Assembly (NCBI GenBank): GCA_964581995.1
Contig: CAZOQB010000007.1
Coordinates: forward strand, 58,028-122,027
DNA from: an uncultured Ignavibacteriaceae bacterium
GTDB taxonomy: Bacteria; Bacteroidota; Ignavibacteria; UBA10030; BY39
Reading direction: 5' to 3'
DNA length: 64,000 nucleotides
The notes beneath the pieces are model-generated. The model was not told the DNA's origin. It ran no database searches and worked only from the letters and a program-made list of their open reading frames with translations. The translations under genes and the position numbers were made by a program. Every line of letters starts with the position of its first letter. The first letter of the stretch is position 1. This document shows, piece after piece, positions 39,117 through 50,534 of the stretch.

Positions 39117-40637
39117 CTATTTAGTTCTCACGAATTCAATTCGTCGATTTTTAGACTTTCCCTCATCGGTTCCATTTGTAGTAACGGGCTTATCAAAACC
39201 GTATCCGACTGTAGTGATGCGATTTGAATTAACGCCTCTACTAACAAGATATTGTTTTACAGATTCTGCTCTTCGTAATGATAAGCTTATATTCGCTTTT
39301 GCTGAACCTACGTTATCAGTATGACCGCTGATTTCAACTTCTATCTCCGGATTCGCAACCAACCCATCTGCCACAACGTTAAGCGTGTCGATCGAAGATT
39401 GTAACAGCCTAGCTTTACCGAACTCAAAAGTAATACCTTTGAGGACAATTTTTTCCCCGATTTGAATAACCGGGAAATCATCCTTTGGATTTAGCGGATC
39501 AGTTCCTCTTGCAACTTCTTTGCCGTCAAATACCCCTCCGATATCGGTATCGGTAACTAACGGATTTGTGTGGTAAGTAAATGTTTCTTCATAATCAGAT
39601 AATCCATCGGCATCTGTATCCACATTGAGGGGATCAGTGAAGTATTTCAAAACTTCTTCGCCATCTGTGAGACCTTCCCCGTCAGTGTCTCGATTGAGAG
39701 GGTCGGTTTTATGTTTGAGCACTTCCTCGCCATCATTTAATCCATCACCATCAGTGTCAACATTTAATGGGTTAGTAAAATATTTAAGGACTTCACTTCC
39801 GTCACTCAACCCGTCACCATCCGTATCGGCATTAAGCGGATTAGTTTTAAATTTGAATATCTCATCGTAATCGGTTAAACCATCGTCGTCAGTGTCCTTC
39901 TTTAGGGGATTTGTGCTGTAAATTTTTACTTCCTCCCCGTCTCTCAATTTATCACCATCGGTATCAGGATTATTCGGATTTGTACCAATTTGCTTCTCTT
40001 CGTTATTAGTTAATTTATCACCGTCGGGGTCTGCATCGCCCGATTCGAAAAAGGCGTAAACATTTAAGCCAAAAGAATAATATCCGTCATTATTATTTTC
40101 CATTTTTACATCATCCAGATAATCTTTTGTTCCGAGTGAATACGAAGCTACTAACTCAACAATAGAATTATCGGTAATAAAATATTGAAGTCCTCCACCT
40201 ACCGGAATCACTGCCATCCATTTTGTATAGAGTCCTCTTTTATTGTTCGGTAATGGTCCTTCCTTTTCATCAACTGGGTTGAAATTCATTATACTGAATC
40301 CACCAAAAAATAATGGAAAGATTCTCCCCGCTGATTTCGGATAAAACACAAATCTTACATCAACAGGAATAATTTTAGATGAAAAGAAACCAACCTTGTT
40401 CCCCTCAAGCATACCGAATCCTAACCCAGATTCAATAGCGAAATTTTTTAACGGATGGTAACGCATGAAAATTCTTGTTATTGGCCTTGGTTCAAATCCA
40501 CCAACGTCGGTCTTGGCTGCTGCGGCATGAAAGCTTAAGCCTATACCTATACCTTTTCCAAGCTCCTGTGCATTTGACAGATAGTTTGAAGTGAGTAGAG
40601 ACACAGTAAGTAAAAGGGTTCGATAAACTGATTTCAT
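39117..40637 (-). CDS. OmpA-family protein with thrombospondin type-3 Ca-binding repeats
   Basis: Repeated TDTDGDGLSDGEE / DTDGDKLRDGEE units. C-terminal OmpA-like domain (…ISGHTDNVGSAKANISLSLRRAESVKQYL). Confidence 0.75.
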   Translation of the reverse strand: MKSVYRTLLLTVSLLTSNYLSNAQELGKGIGIGLSFHAAAAKTDVGGFEPRPITRIFMRYHPLKNFAIESGLGFGMLEGNKVGFFSSKIIPVDVRFVFYPKSAGRIFPLFFGGFSIMNFNPVDEKEGPLPNNKRGLYTKWMAVIPVGGGLQYFITDNSIVELVASYSLGTKDYLDDVKMENNNDGYYSFGLNVYAFFESGDADPDGDKLTNNEEKQIGTNPNNPDTDGDKLRDGEEVKIYSTNPLKKDTDDDGLTDYDEIFKFKTNPLNADTDGDGLSDGSEVLKYFTNPLNVDTDGDGLNDGEEVLKHKTDPLNRDTDGEGLTDGEEVLKYFTDPLNVDTDADGLSDYEETFTYHTNPLVTDTDIGGVFDGKEVARGTDPLNPKDDFPVIQIGEKIVLKGITFEFGKARLLQSSIDTLNVVADGLVANPEIEVEISGHTDNVGSAKANISLSLRRAESVKQYLVSRGVNSNRITTVGYGFDKPVTTNGTDEGKSKNRRIEFVRTK

Positions 40638-40778
40638 CCGTTCTATATATTTAATACATGTAGGGATAATTTAAGTTTTGCGGATGAGAAAGTCAAGGGT
40701 TTTTATATGGAAAAATAAATAAAAAAGCCCCCAAGGATGGTGAAGACTTGGGAATATTATTGAAATTATGCATTTTTA

Positions 40779-42032
40779 TTAACTATTCATAGACCTTAAG
40801 AATTCCTTATTGGTTTTTGTGCCGCGCATTTTTTCGAGTAAGAATTCCATCGCTTCAACTGTTGAGGAATCGCTTAGAAGCTTTCGAAGTATCCAAATCC
40901 TGTTAAGTTCATCAGGGTCGAGAAGCAATTCTTCTTTTCTGGTTCCGGAACGATTAACATCAAACGCCGGGAATATTCTTTTATCGCTTAGTTTTCTATC
41001 AAGGATAATTTCCATGTTTCCGGTACCTTTAAATTCTTCAAAAATTACCTCGTCCATACGGCTTCCGGTTTCAACGAGTGCAGTAGCGATAATTGTTAAA
41101 CTTCCTCCCTCTTCAACATTACGAGCGGCGCCGAAAAATCTCTTTGGGCGCTGCAACGCATTCGCGTCCACACCGCCAGACAATATTTTACCACTATGGG
41201 GAACGACTGTGTTATGAGCTCTTGCTAAACGGGTAATGCTATCCAACAATATTACGACATCTTTTTTTGCCTCAACAAACCGCTTAGCTTTTTCCAATAC
41301 CATGTCAGCTACCTGCACGTGTCTCTCGGGTGGTTCATCAAATGTTGAGCTGATAACTTCCGCTTGAACCGATCGTTCCATATCCGTAACTTCTTCAGGA
41401 CGTTCATCAATAAGTAATACAATTAAAATTACTTCTGGATGGTTACGCTTGATGCCGCTTGCAATTTTTTGCAAGAGAATAGTTTTACCCGCTTTAGGCG
41501 GAGACACTATCATACCACGCTGGCCTTTGCCTATCGGTGCCAATAAATCCATTATGCGCGAAGAGTATTCACCGGGCGATGTTTCGAGCTTTAACCGCTC
41601 TTGTGGATAAAGTGGGGTTAGGTTATCGAATAGAACACGGTCTCTGGTTACTTCGGGATTTTCGTTATTAACCGCTTCGACTTTTAATAACGCAAAAAAC
41701 CGCTCGCCTTCTTTTGGAGGACGAACCTGTCCGCTTACTGTATCTCCGGTTCTTAAGCCAAATTTTTTAATTTGGGAAGGAGAAACGTATATATCATCCG
41801 CTGAAGGTAGATAATTGTAGTCAGATGATCGCAGAAAACCGTAACCATCTGGTAATGTTTCTAATACTCCCTTGCTAAATCCTAAACCATCCTGCTGTGT
41901 TTGAACTTCGAGGATTTTAAACATTAAATCCTGTTTGCGCATATCACTGTAGCCAATAATGTTCAGGTCTTTAGCTATCTTTGTTAACTCTGAAATCTTT
42001 TTTGATTTCAGTTCTACAATGTCCATTGGCAT
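40779..42032 (-). CDS. rho: Transcription termination factor Rho
   Basis: [17 protein letters not shown] Walker A; RNA-binding N-terminal domain; 417 aa. Confidence 0.9.
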   Translation of the reverse strand: MPMDIVELKSKKISELTKIAKDLNIIGYSDMRKQDLMFKILEVQTQQDGLGFSKGVLETLPDGYGFLRSSDYNYLPSADDIYVSPSQIKKFGLRTGDTVSGQVRPPKEGERFFALLKVEAVNNENPEVTRDRVLFDNLTPLYPQERLKLETSPGEYSSRIMDLLAPIGKGQRGMIVSPPKAGKTILLQKIASGIKRNHPEVILIVLLIDERPEEVTDMERSVQAEVISSTFDEPPERHVQVADMVLEKAKRFVEAKKDVVILLDSITRLARAHNTVVPHSGKILSGGVDANALQRPKRFFGAARNVEEGGSLTIIATALVETGSRMDEVIFEEFKGTGNMEIILDRKLSDKRIFPAFDVNRSGTRKEELLLDPDELNRIWILRKLLSDSSTVEAMEFLLEKMRGTKTNKEFLRSMNS

Positions 42033-42259
42033 AAATAAAACTCTCTTTAAAAATTGTTATTAAGATTGAATAAATATTTCTTGATAAGTTGATTATCCAT
42101 CGATTGTAATGAATTATAATTTTAGGGTTGGTAGCAATATCAAATAGTTGAATAAGCTTACAAAACGGTAGATAAAAACAAGATATGTACTTCTCTTCGA
42201 TTAAATTTCTGTAAAAATATAATTGCTTTTAATTTAAAAGTCAAGTTTTTTTAATGTTT

Positions 42260-43543
42260 TTAAAAAATATTGATAGCTTCACCCAAAACTGCATGTGAGC
42301 CGCAAATTAGTATAGCATCACTTGGTTTTGCGATTGATTTGGCGATTTTTAGACTGTTTGCCACATTTTTACCATCTAAACAAGGAATTTCCATCTCCTG
42401 TAATTTTTCAACTATTACCTCGCTATGTAATGCTCTTTCTGTTTTTGGTTTACATGCAATTATTAGCTTTGAAAATTTCGCTAAATAGGGTATGATCGAA
42501 TCGATGTCTTTGTCTTTCATTATTCCAAAAATTGTGATGGTATCATGAAGCCCAATTTCGAGCAAGGACTGAGATAAAAATTTGAACGCCTGGGGATTGT
42601 GAGCAACATCCCCAATTATAACAGGTGAAATTGATAATACATCAAACCTACCCCTCATACCTGTGTTTTTGCTGATCGATTTTAAACCTTCTGAGATTTT
42701 ATTGTTTGTGATTTTGATAAATTCGGATTTTTTAGCCAAATGTCTCGCGGCTGCAACGGCTAATTTGATATTGCTCTTTTGATAACTACCCGTCAAATTT
42801 ATATCTATATCTTTTAGTCTTAAATCCTTCGCGATAATGTGTACCCGAAATTCATCGAATTCATTTTTAGTTATACTGACTTTTATAAATTTATTTACAT
42901 CTATCAGTTTCGATTTATTTTTCTTCGCAATTGATTTAATCACTTGCAATGCTTTTTTGTCAGTGACTGCTGTAAGACACGGAATGGCTGGCTTAATGAT
43001 ACCACCCTTCTCAGCAGCAATACTTTCGATTGTGTTTCCCAATTGCTCAGAATGGTCGATTCCAATTGTCGTGATTATCGATAGTTCGGGTTTAATCACA
43101 TTAGTAGCATCCAACCTGCCGCCCAATCCTGTTTCAATTACAGCCACATCTATTTTTTGGTCTTTAAAATATTCAAACGCTATAGCTGTTGTTGCTTCGA
43201 AGAATGTAGAATTTGTTTTATCGATCTCACTTTTCAACAGCTTAGTATATTTTACTATGTTACTTCTGCTGATTGGTTTTCCATCGATTCTAATTCTTTC
43301 GGAAAAATCATAAATATGAGGGGAGGTATACAAGCCCGTTTTATATCCTGATGATGTTAATATTGAGGCAATCATAGCAGCAGTGGACCCTTTTCCATTT
43401 GTTCCCGCGATATGAACGGTAGGATATTCTAACTCTGGATTACCTAAATATTTTAATATGTGCTTAATATTCTTTAATCCGAACTTCATTCCAAATTTTT
43501 GGAGTCCGAATAAATAATTAAGTGTGGATTTATATGTTTGCAA
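42260..43543 (-). CDS. folC: Bifunctional folylpolyglutamate synthase / dihydrofolate synthase
   Basis: VHIAGTNGKGST P-loop; Mur-ligase family C-terminal domain. Confidence 0.8.
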   Translation of the reverse strand: MQTYKSTLNYLFGLQKFGMKFGLKNIKHILKYLGNPELEYPTVHIAGTNGKGSTAAMIASILTSSGYKTGLYTSPHIYDFSERIRIDGKPISRSNIVKYTKLLKSEIDKTNSTFFEATTAIAFEYFKDQKIDVAVIETGLGGRLDATNVIKPELSIITTIGIDHSEQLGNTIESIAAEKGGIIKPAIPCLTAVTDKKALQVIKSIAKKNKSKLIDVNKFIKVSITKNEFDEFRVHIIAKDLRLKDIDINLTGSYQKSNIKLAVAAARHLAKKSEFIKITNNKISEGLKSISKNTGMRGRFDVLSISPVIIGDVAHNPQAFKFLSQSLLEIGLHDTITIFGIMKDKDIDSIIPYLAKFSKLIIACKPKTERALHSEVIVEKLQEMEIPCLDGKNVANSLKIAKSIAKPSDAILICGSHAVLGEAINIF

Positions 43544-43552
43544 TGATGTTTT

Positions 43553-44521
43553 CTATTGCCAAGAAGTTACTATTTGAGTACAGCCGGTTGTATCAAGTGT
43601 GCCTATTAATTTTTGCACATCGTCTATTTCATTTTCTTCACAGTATTTTTGTATGCCCTCAGCAATTTTTGTAGCAGTGGCGGGGTCAATAAAATTTGCA
43701 GTCCCAACCTCAATAGCTTGAGCTCCTACGATTAGAAATTCCAACGCATCATCTGCTGTAAGTATGCCGCCGATACCTATTACCGGAATTTTTACAGCAT
43801 TTACAGTTTCCAAAACTTTCGCCAGCGCAATAGGTTTAATTGCGGGTCCTGATAAGCCACCAGTAATGGTAGATATCTTCGGCTTTCTTGTTTTTACATT
43901 CACCGCCATTCCGACTACAGTATTGATTAGTGAGACAGCATCCGCACCTTCATCTTCGGCAGCACGAGCAAAATCAGATATTTTTGTAACATTTGGTGTT
44001 AGTTTAATTATGAGTGGTTTTAAAGTTAACCTACGAATTTCTTTTGTTATCCGGGCAACGGCCTTTACGTCCGTTCCGAAAGTTAAACCGCCCTCCTTTA
44101 CGTTCGGACACGACACATTTATTTCGTATAAATCAATTCCATCAGCTTGCTCCAAGCGGTTTACAATTTGAACAAACTCATCCAACGAACTAGCCGCTAC
44201 ATTTACTACAACAACTGTATCGAACGTGTTCAGTAATGGGAGTTTATCCGAGATGAATTTCTCAACTCCAATATTAGCCAAACCGATAGAATTTATCATT
44301 CCGCTGGATGTCTCAACAATTCTCGGTGAAGGATTTCCCGCTCTTGGCTTTAGTGTTATTGATTTAGTTATTATACCACCTAACTTATTAACGTCAACGA
44401 TGTCTAATACTTCATCTCCGTATCCGAATGTGCCGGATGCTACGAGTACGCGATTCTTGAACTCAACATTACCAATTCTGAATGATGTTTTTACATTCAT
44501 AGTATTATCTGGCTCGAGCAA
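43553..44521 (-). CDS. pyrD: Dihydroorotate dehydrogenase catalytic subunit (class 1B)
   Basis: DHOD TIM-barrel motifs (…SGTFGYG…, GGI…); paired with pyrK. Confidence 0.85.
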   Translation of the reverse strand: MLEPDNTMNVKTSFRIGNVEFKNRVLVASGTFGYGDEVLDIVDVNKLGGIITKSITLKPRAGNPSPRIVETSSGMINSIGLANIGVEKFISDKLPLLNTFDTVVVVNVAASSLDEFVQIVNRLEQADGIDLYEINVSCPNVKEGGLTFGTDVKAVARITKEIRRLTLKPLIIKLTPNVTKISDFARAAEDEGADAVSLINTVVGMAVNVKTRKPKISTITGGLSGPAIKPIALAKVLETVNAVKIPVIGIGGILTADDALEFLIVGAQAIEVGTANFIDPATATKIAEGIQKYCEENEIDDVQKLIGTLDTTGCTQIVTSWQ

Positions 44522-45261
44522 AATACAGGTCCATCTTTACAGACCAATGAATATTTCTGGTTTTCATTTTTCATTTCAACAACGCAGCCCTGACAAATCC
44601 CAATCCCGCACGCCATTGTCGTTTCTAATGACACCTCACATGAAATTTTGTTTTCATCCACTAGATTAATTAAGGCTTTTAACATTGGATTTGGTCCACA
44701 GCCATAAATTTTTATTTTCTCTGTTTTTAAATTATCTAAAAATTTCCTTAAAAGGTCGACCACATTTCCATGGTATCCGTAAGTACCGTCATCCGTTGCA
44801 TAATTGATTTTCGATAGCTTATCCGAGAGAAGGAGTTCTCTCGTCCTAGCGCCAAGTATAGTAATCACTTTCTTTCCTTTTTCCTCTAAACATTTTGAGA
44901 GGAGAGATAGCGGTGCAGCGCCCAAGCCCCCGCCCACTAATATTGATATTTCTTCCGTCCCGTTAATGTTGAAAGGTTTTCCAAGTGGACCGATGATGTC
45001 CAGGATGTCTCCTACATTTTTACAATTCAGTTTTTTTGTCCCCATCCCCATTATCCCGAAGACAATCTCAATTTCGTCTCCCTTAATAAAATGTATACTG
45101 AAAGGACGACGTAATAATGGAGAAGTTGTATCATCAATTTTAATATTTATAAATTGTCCGGGAAGTGCTGTTTTTGCAATTTCAGGAGCGAGGATACAAA
45201 ATTTTGATATTGACTGACTTAAAATTGAAACATCGGTTATCGGATATTTCTTATTGAACAT
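44497..45261 (-). CDS. pyrK: Dihydroorotate dehydrogenase electron-transfer subunit
   Basis: FAD/NAD-binding ferredoxin-reductase fold. C-terminal CGIGICQGC 2Fe-2S motif. Overlaps pyrD. Confidence 0.8.
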   Translation of the reverse strand: MFNKKYPITDVSILSQSISKFCILAPEIAKTALPGQFINIKIDDTTSPLLRRPFSIHFIKGDEIEIVFGIMGMGTKKLNCKNVGDILDIIGPLGKPFNINGTEEISILVGGGLGAAPLSLLSKCLEEKGKKVITILGARTRELLLSDKLSKINYATDDGTYGYHGNVVDLLRKFLDNLKTEKIKIYGCGPNPMLKALINLVDENKISCEVSLETTMACGIGICQGCVVEMKNENQKYSLVCKDGPVFCSSQIIL

Positions 45262-45284
45262 CGGAAATAGATTTGCAAATATTG

Positions 45285-47615
45285 TTAGTTGGGTGGTTCT
45301 TCGTCGTCCATATCAATTTCTGGTGCGTCTTCATCACTATCCTCTTCTCGAACATCCCTTTGGGAACTCTGAGTTTTTTGATCTGTTTGCACATTACTGT
45401 TACTCTTTTCAACATTTGTAAATTTCGGTGTAGGTGGAGGGGGCGGAATTAATTCTTTAATTTTTGTGTATTTTGAAAGATTCGTTGTATCATCAGAGAC
45501 CGCCACTTTCCCGATTACATTTTCACTATAAACAGAATTTGGGTACTTGTCGATTAAGATTTTATACAGGGCTTTTGCGCTGTCATTATTCTTCATTAAA
45601 TTCTCGTACACCCATCCAGCCGCATAAATTGCTTTAGGAGAAATTTGACTGGTTGTATCATTTTGGAAGATTTGTTTAAGAACAGATATAGACTCTTGCG
45701 ATTTATTTTTTTCTATCAACCGGATGCCATCTTCATACAATTCTTCCGGTTTTGACTTTTGTGATTCGATTGCCATACCGCGTAATTTCTTGACATGAGC
45801 CGCGTATTCGGAGTTAGTAAAGTTGTCGATTAAACAAGTATGAAGAGAGTCCATAGAGTTTGTATCGTCCTTAATACGTTTGATTTCTGCTAATGCATAC
45901 ATTGCTCTCGGTACGAATACATTCCCATTTATTGACCTTGCCACCAAATCATACCAAAACTCAGCAGAATCGGCTTTGGAAAGATCTAAAAGGAATAAAG
46001 TTGCCAACTCATACTGATTCTTTATAACCATAAACAGTGCGCTATCGGGAGTGATAGCAATAGTTTGAGCTGGCTGTTTTATCGGTACCGCATTTGTTGA
46101 ATCGGTTGTCTTTGTAATTACAGGTTTGTCATCAAGACTTATTCTCTCTTCAATTCTGTCAACTTCAACATCTTCCAAAGAGTCGTCGGGAACAACGGTG
46201 TTATCGTCTGCCATTCTTTCTGCCCTTGACATCAAATTATCCCCGATATGAGATGGTATTTCTTTAATTGAATCTTGTAATGCAAGCTGAACAGTTTTTT
46301 CATCTACACTCACACTATCGACTAACATGGTTGACGTATTGCCCTCTAATGAGTCTTCAACAACAATCGAGCTATCGGCCGTCGTAACAGATTTATTCAT
46401 TTCTTCTGATTTCCACTTGATGGCAGCATAAAAAAGACTATCGTATTTTATTATCTCATTATGGTATTTAAAATATTTTGTGAACGCCTCTGATTTTTTA
46501 GCGGCAAGAGGAGTAATTTCCGACTGTGAATATTCAGTTTTAGCTTTATCATAATAAAACTTTGCTTCGGAGTAATCGTTGAGCTTGAATTCATACATCA
46601 ATCCCCTGTTGTAAAAACTCTTAGCAGAAGCATCTGTTCTCTGATAAAGCGAATCAATGAGCTGGTAGTGGTCCAGAGCTATATCGAATTCATCCATCGC
46701 ATTATAGGTGTTTGCAATTTCCAAATCCACCTGGGAAAGTTGATCTTTGGTTAGTGGCTCGTCGCGCAAATTGTTAAAGCACTGCATTGCTTCGGAATAT
46801 CTTTTAATCTCAGTCAACGTCTTACCATAATTCAGTAATGCTTTAAATCTTAAAAGTTCCCCTGGACTGTAATCCAGAACTTTTAAATAAGCCGCGTTGG
46901 AGTTTTCATATTCTTCTACCACTTCATAACACCGTGCTAACTGATAAGCAGACAAAGCAAGTAAATATCCATCTCCGTTAATCTTAAACGAGTTCTTATA
47001 AACAGTTATTGCTTTCTGATATTCTTCTTCTTTGAAATGTATTTGTCCTAATAACAGATACCCTTCTATAGCAATATCTTCCCCGCCCGCATCTAGTGCC
47101 GAATTTAAAAATCCGTTAAGGTAGCTTTGTGCCGGTAATGTTTTGTTTGCATTAAAGAGAGTTCGTGCACTCAACAGTTTAGCTTCCAAAAAATAATCGC
47201 TATTAGGGAAATTATCTATAAGTTCATTAAACTTCTTCAGCGCCAAATCATACTCGTTTTGATAATAATAAGATTTCCCGATCATCATTATTGCATCGTC
47301 CACCCATTTACTACGAGGGTAATATTGAATTATCTTCGATGCTTTCTCGATAACTGTTCCATATTTAATTTTGATAGTTGGATTTGGTTGATAAGGTGTG
47401 AAATAATTTGTGTCGCGGGAAACCTGAGTCGATTTCTCCAACTCTACAACGGCTTCATCAAAAGTTTTTTTTACGTTATAATAGGTATTAAAATAACCCA
47501 TTACATTTTCGTAACGTGTAGAAAAGTAATTACCTACGGAACCTGAACAAGAATTCAGACCCAAGCTTAAAATAACCAGAATGAATAGTTTGAGCTTATT
47601 ACTATATCTGTGCAA
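45285..47615 (-). CDS. TPR-repeat lipoprotein with a serine-rich linker and an acidic C-terminal tail
   Basis: Lipobox LNSC; many TPR-like repeats; C-terminal REEDSDEDAPEIDMDDEEPPN. Confidence 0.5.
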   Translation of the reverse strand: MHRYSNKLKLFILVILSLGLNSCSGSVGNYFSTRYENVMGYFNTYYNVKKTFDEAVVELEKSTQVSRDTNYFTPYQPNPTIKIKYGTVIEKASKIIQYYPRSKWVDDAIMMIGKSYYYQNEYDLALKKFNELIDNFPNSDYFLEAKLLSARTLFNANKTLPAQSYLNGFLNSALDAGGEDIAIEGYLLLGQIHFKEEEYQKAITVYKNSFKINGDGYLLALSAYQLARCYEVVEEYENSNAAYLKVLDYSPGELLRFKALLNYGKTLTEIKRYSEAMQCFNNLRDEPLTKDQLSQVDLEIANTYNAMDEFDIALDHYQLIDSLYQRTDASAKSFYNRGLMYEFKLNDYSEAKFYYDKAKTEYSQSEITPLAAKKSEAFTKYFKYHNEIIKYDSLFYAAIKWKSEEMNKSVTTADSSIVVEDSLEGNTSTMLVDSVSVDEKTVQLALQDSIKEIPSHIGDNLMSRAERMADDNTVVPDDSLEDVEVDRIEERISLDDKPVITKTTDSTNAVPIKQPAQTIAITPDSALFMVIKNQYELATLFLLDLSKADSAEFWYDLVARSINGNVFVPRAMYALAEIKRIKDDTNSMDSLHTCLIDNFTNSEYAAHVKKLRGMAIESQKSKPEELYEDGIRLIEKNKSQESISVLKQIFQNDTTSQISPKAIYAAGWVYENLMKNNDSAKALYKILIDKYPNSVYSENVIGKVAVSDDTTNLSKYTKIKELIPPPPPTPKFTNVEKSNSNVQTDQKTQSSQRDVREEDSDEDAPEIDMDDEEPPN

Positions 47616-47677
47616 ATGTTTACCTAAATATTATTGTAAAAAAAATATGTTAAATATTAAATTAAAAAGCAATACCG

Positions 47678-48070
47678 TTATGCTGTCGGTTTGACTATTG
47701 GAATTTCAATCCGAATTGGAATGATGGTATACTTATTTTTAATTACCACAACGACGTTACCAATTTCATATTTTGCTCTTAAAATCATTTTATTCGATTC
47801 TTTTTTAACGATATCAACTTTTTCTTTGCCTTCTTCTATTAAAAACTTAACCTCTAAGTTTCTGAATGGCGTTATAGTTCCGAATCTGTTATTAGCAACA
47901 ACACTAATTGTAACCGTTGAAGTTCCATCAGGATATAAATAATTCCTTGATTTATGAACATCCACTGACGATACTGCCATCAATTCAAAACCTAAATACA
48001 CGAACAGCATTATCCCGATAACAGAAAGACAAAATTTAATCTCAAATTTATCTAAATATTTGACGGGCAT
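47678..48070 (-). CDS. Hypothetical membrane-anchored protein
   Basis: N-terminal TM helix; no recognisable motif. Confidence 0.3.
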   Translation of the reverse strand: MPVKYLDKFEIKFCLSVIGIMLFVYLGFELMAVSSVDVHKSRNYLYPDGTSTVTISVVANNRFGTITPFRNLEVKFLIEEGKEKVDIVKKESNKMILRAKYEIGNVVVVIKNKYTIIPIRIEIPIVKPTA

Positions 48071-48152
48071 AATTAAACCTTAACTGCCATTCCTGTGTCA
48101 AAAGGTTGTTGATTGAGTAACTCTAATAATCATTAATATAAAGGAAAACACT

Positions 48153-48722
48153 ATGCAATACAAAAACTTATTAGTAGCGATGATGTTCGTATTATTCTTG
48201 GCTTTACCGCTTATCTTACTAGCACAGCCGGAAAAAGAAATTAAAATCATCACGAAACAAGGCCCGATGATGAAGCATATCGAGGTTACCGCAGACGATG
48301 ATGGCGATGACCTACCACTTTTTGATATGCTAAAATTAACCGATGAGCAGGAGAAAGAATTCTCTAATCTACGTCTCGATTTACAGAAAAAACAGATAGC
48401 TGCTCATGCAAAAGTACAGACTGCACAGATTGAATTAAAGGAATTATTCCATTCCGATAATCTCGACCGCGCTAGCATTGATAAGAAGATGAAAGAGATC
48501 TCAGATTTGAAATTTAAGGCTCAACAGAACCATCTTGACCATTGGTTTGCGGTTAATAAAATATTAAAACCCGAACAGCAAAAATTATGGAAAAAACATA
48601 TTGGAAAAGGTAAAGGAAAAGGTTTTGGAATGATGAATCGTCATCAAGAATTTGGCCCAAAGATGAAAATGAGAATTCAAAAAGAAATGGGTCGCGGCAA
48701 CCCGGACTGTCCAAATTTTTAA
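48153..48722 (+). CDS. Spy/CpxP-family periplasmic protein (LTxxQ-motif chaperone or metal-stress protein)
   Basis: Signal peptide. LTDEQEKEF and KPEQQKLWKKH LTxxQ-like motifs. Basic C-terminus. Confidence 0.55.
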   Translation: MQYKNLLVAMMFVLFLALPLILLAQPEKEIKIITKQGPMMKHIEVTADDDGDDLPLFDMLKLTDEQEKEFSNLRLDLQKKQIAAHAKVQTAQIELKELFHSDNLDRASIDKKMKEISDLKFKAQQNHLDHWFAVNKILKPEQQKLWKKHIGKGKGKGFGMMNRHQEFGPKMKMRIQKEMGRGNPDCPNF

Positions 48723-48747
48723 CTAACCAGTTTATAAAATCATCAAT

Positions 48748-48790
48748 AAAGCCGGGGTTCAAAAACCATTGAACCCGGCTTTATTATAAA
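48748..48790. terminator. Bidirectional rho-independent terminator between convergent genes
   Basis: aaagccggggttcaa-aaacca-ttgaacccggcttt followed by attat. Confidence 0.6.
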
Positions 48791-48796
48791 GTTCAC

Positions 48797-49522
48797 TCAA
48801 TCTAAATCTCCTAATATTGAACGTATAACCACTTGTTCAACGACCGCTCGTTTGCCTTGCCTGTATATAGATACAACTGCTTCAGCAACAGTCTGCGGAT
48901 CCATCATCCGCTGGGAATATTTTCTCAAATCTGCCTTGCTCCATATTGTAGTCGCGGTTGCACCCGGTAATACATTTACAACTTTAATATTATATTTTCT
49001 AACTTCTTCACGCAGCACATTACTCATTGCTATCAAACCAGTTTTTGCGGCTGTATAAGCTGCCGATTTTTGGAATGTTTTAACAGCAACAACGGATCCG
49101 ATGTTAAATATCCAACCACCTCTTTGCGAAATCATACCGGGAAGCACTTCGGATATACACAAAAATGGACCGCGAAGGTTCACGTCGATTATTGTATCAA
49201 ATTCCTTTAACGGTGTACTCTCAAACTTATTGAAAGATGTTTTTCCGGCGTTGTTTATGAGTATTTGGACGGTACCCAATTTTTTGAATATTTTCCGATG
49301 GGCTGCCTTCACTTCCTTTTCATTCGATACATCGCATTTAAAAACGTGGGCTTCTCCTCCATAATCGATAATCTCTTTTTGAACCTTTACTAATTCTCCC
49401 TCAGACCTTGAAGTTAATACAACCTTGCTTCCGATTTGTGCAAAACTTTTAGCAATCTCTTTTCCGATTCCTCTACCGGCGCCGGTTACCCACACAACTG
49501 GGCGAACTATTTTAGCATTCAT
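48797..49522 (-). CDS. SDR-family oxidoreductase (candidate sepiapterin-reductase-like, given its neighbours)
   Basis: TGAGRGIGKEIA Rossmann motif; catalytic YxxxK region (YTAAK). Confidence 0.7.
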   Translation of the reverse strand: MNAKIVRPVVWVTGAGRGIGKEIAKSFAQIGSKVVLTSRSEGELVKVQKEIIDYGGEAHVFKCDVSNEKEVKAAHRKIFKKLGTVQILINNAGKTSFNKFESTPLKEFDTIIDVNLRGPFLCISEVLPGMISQRGGWIFNIGSVVAVKTFQKSAAYTAAKTGLIAMSNVLREEVRKYNIKVVNVLPGATATTIWSKADLRKYSQRMMDPQTVAEAVVSIYRQGKRAVVEQVVIRSILGDLD

Positions 49523-49542
49523 AAAATATGTTGGCTTTTATA

Positions 49543-50130
49543 TTATACTAATTTTGCCTGGATAAGCCGCAAAAACTCACTTCTTGTTTTTTCATCATCA
49601 CGGAACGAGCCTAACATAGCGCTGGTCGTGGCAACTGAATTTTGTTTTTCTACTCCTCGCATCATCATACATAAGTGGCGCGCTTCAATCACAACTCCTA
49701 CTCCATCCGGTTCTAAATTTTCGAATAAAGTGTCGGCTATCTCTTGGGTCATCCTCTCCTGAATTTGAAGTCGGCGACTGAACGCCTCGACTATGCGTGG
49801 AATTTTGCTTAGTCCGAGAATTTTGCCATTTGGGATATAGGCTATGTGAGCTTTTCCGTAAAATGGTAAAAGATGATGCTCACACATGCTGAAGAAATCG
49901 ATTTCCTTCACGATCACCATTTCGTTGTATTTTTCCTTAAAAACTGCTCCATTTAAAATGTGCTGAACATCCTGACGGTATCCGCTTGTAAGAAACTCCA
50001 ACGCTTTTGCAACTCGCTTTGGAGTTTTTAAGAGTCCTTCACGGCTTGGATCTTCTCCAAGGTTTTCGAGTAACTCTTTTATGATATTTTCTATTGACGA
50101 CGTGTTAATGTTTTTTGAAGTCACTTTCAC
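49543..50130 (-). CDS. folE: GTP cyclohydrolase I
   Basis: [18 protein letters not shown]…QERMT signature. Confidence 0.9.
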   Translation of the reverse strand: MKVTSKNINTSSIENIIKELLENLGEDPSREGLLKTPKRVAKALEFLTSGYRQDVQHILNGAVFKEKYNEMVIVKEIDFFSMCEHHLLPFYGKAHIAYIPNGKILGLSKIPRIVEAFSRRLQIQERMTQEIADTLFENLEPDGVGVVIEARHLCMMMRGVEKQNSVATTSAMLGSFRDDEKTRSEFLRLIQAKLV

Positions 50131-50534
50131 TCTCCTCGATATTCAGCGAAATTATTTGTTGTCTCTGAAATAACAATTGAGTATAACTTTCCATGTTTGA
50201 TTTTTGGTTCTAAGATTTTCCAGAATGCTTTGGCAATATTTTCAGCAGTTGGTATAATACCTTTGAGAAAATCAACATCGATATTCAGATGTTTATGGTC
50301 TACTTTTTCAATTATCTCTTCATTAATCAAATCGGATAACTTTTTCAAATCCAGTATCATACCTGTATCAGGATCGGGTTCACCGGATATTGTTACTGCG
50401 ACTTCATAATTATGCCCGTGCCCATAAGGATAAGCACATTTGCCGTATATTTCAGTATTCTCTTCTTCTGAAAATTTTTCGTTGAATAGGCGGTGAGAAG
50501 CCGAGAAATATTCCTTTCGTGTCAGATATAGCAT
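50127..50534 (-). CDS. 6-pyruvoyl-tetrahydropterin synthase / QueD family
   Basis: [13 protein letters not shown] (Zn-binding CxxxHGH-type motif); 135 aa. Confidence 0.8.
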   Translation of the reverse strand: MLYLTRKEYFSASHRLFNEKFSEEENTEIYGKCAYPYGHGHNYEVAVTISGEPDPDTGMILDLKKLSDLINEEIIEKVDHKHLNIDVDFLKGIIPTAENIAKAFWKILEPKIKHGKLYSIVISETTNNFAEYRGE

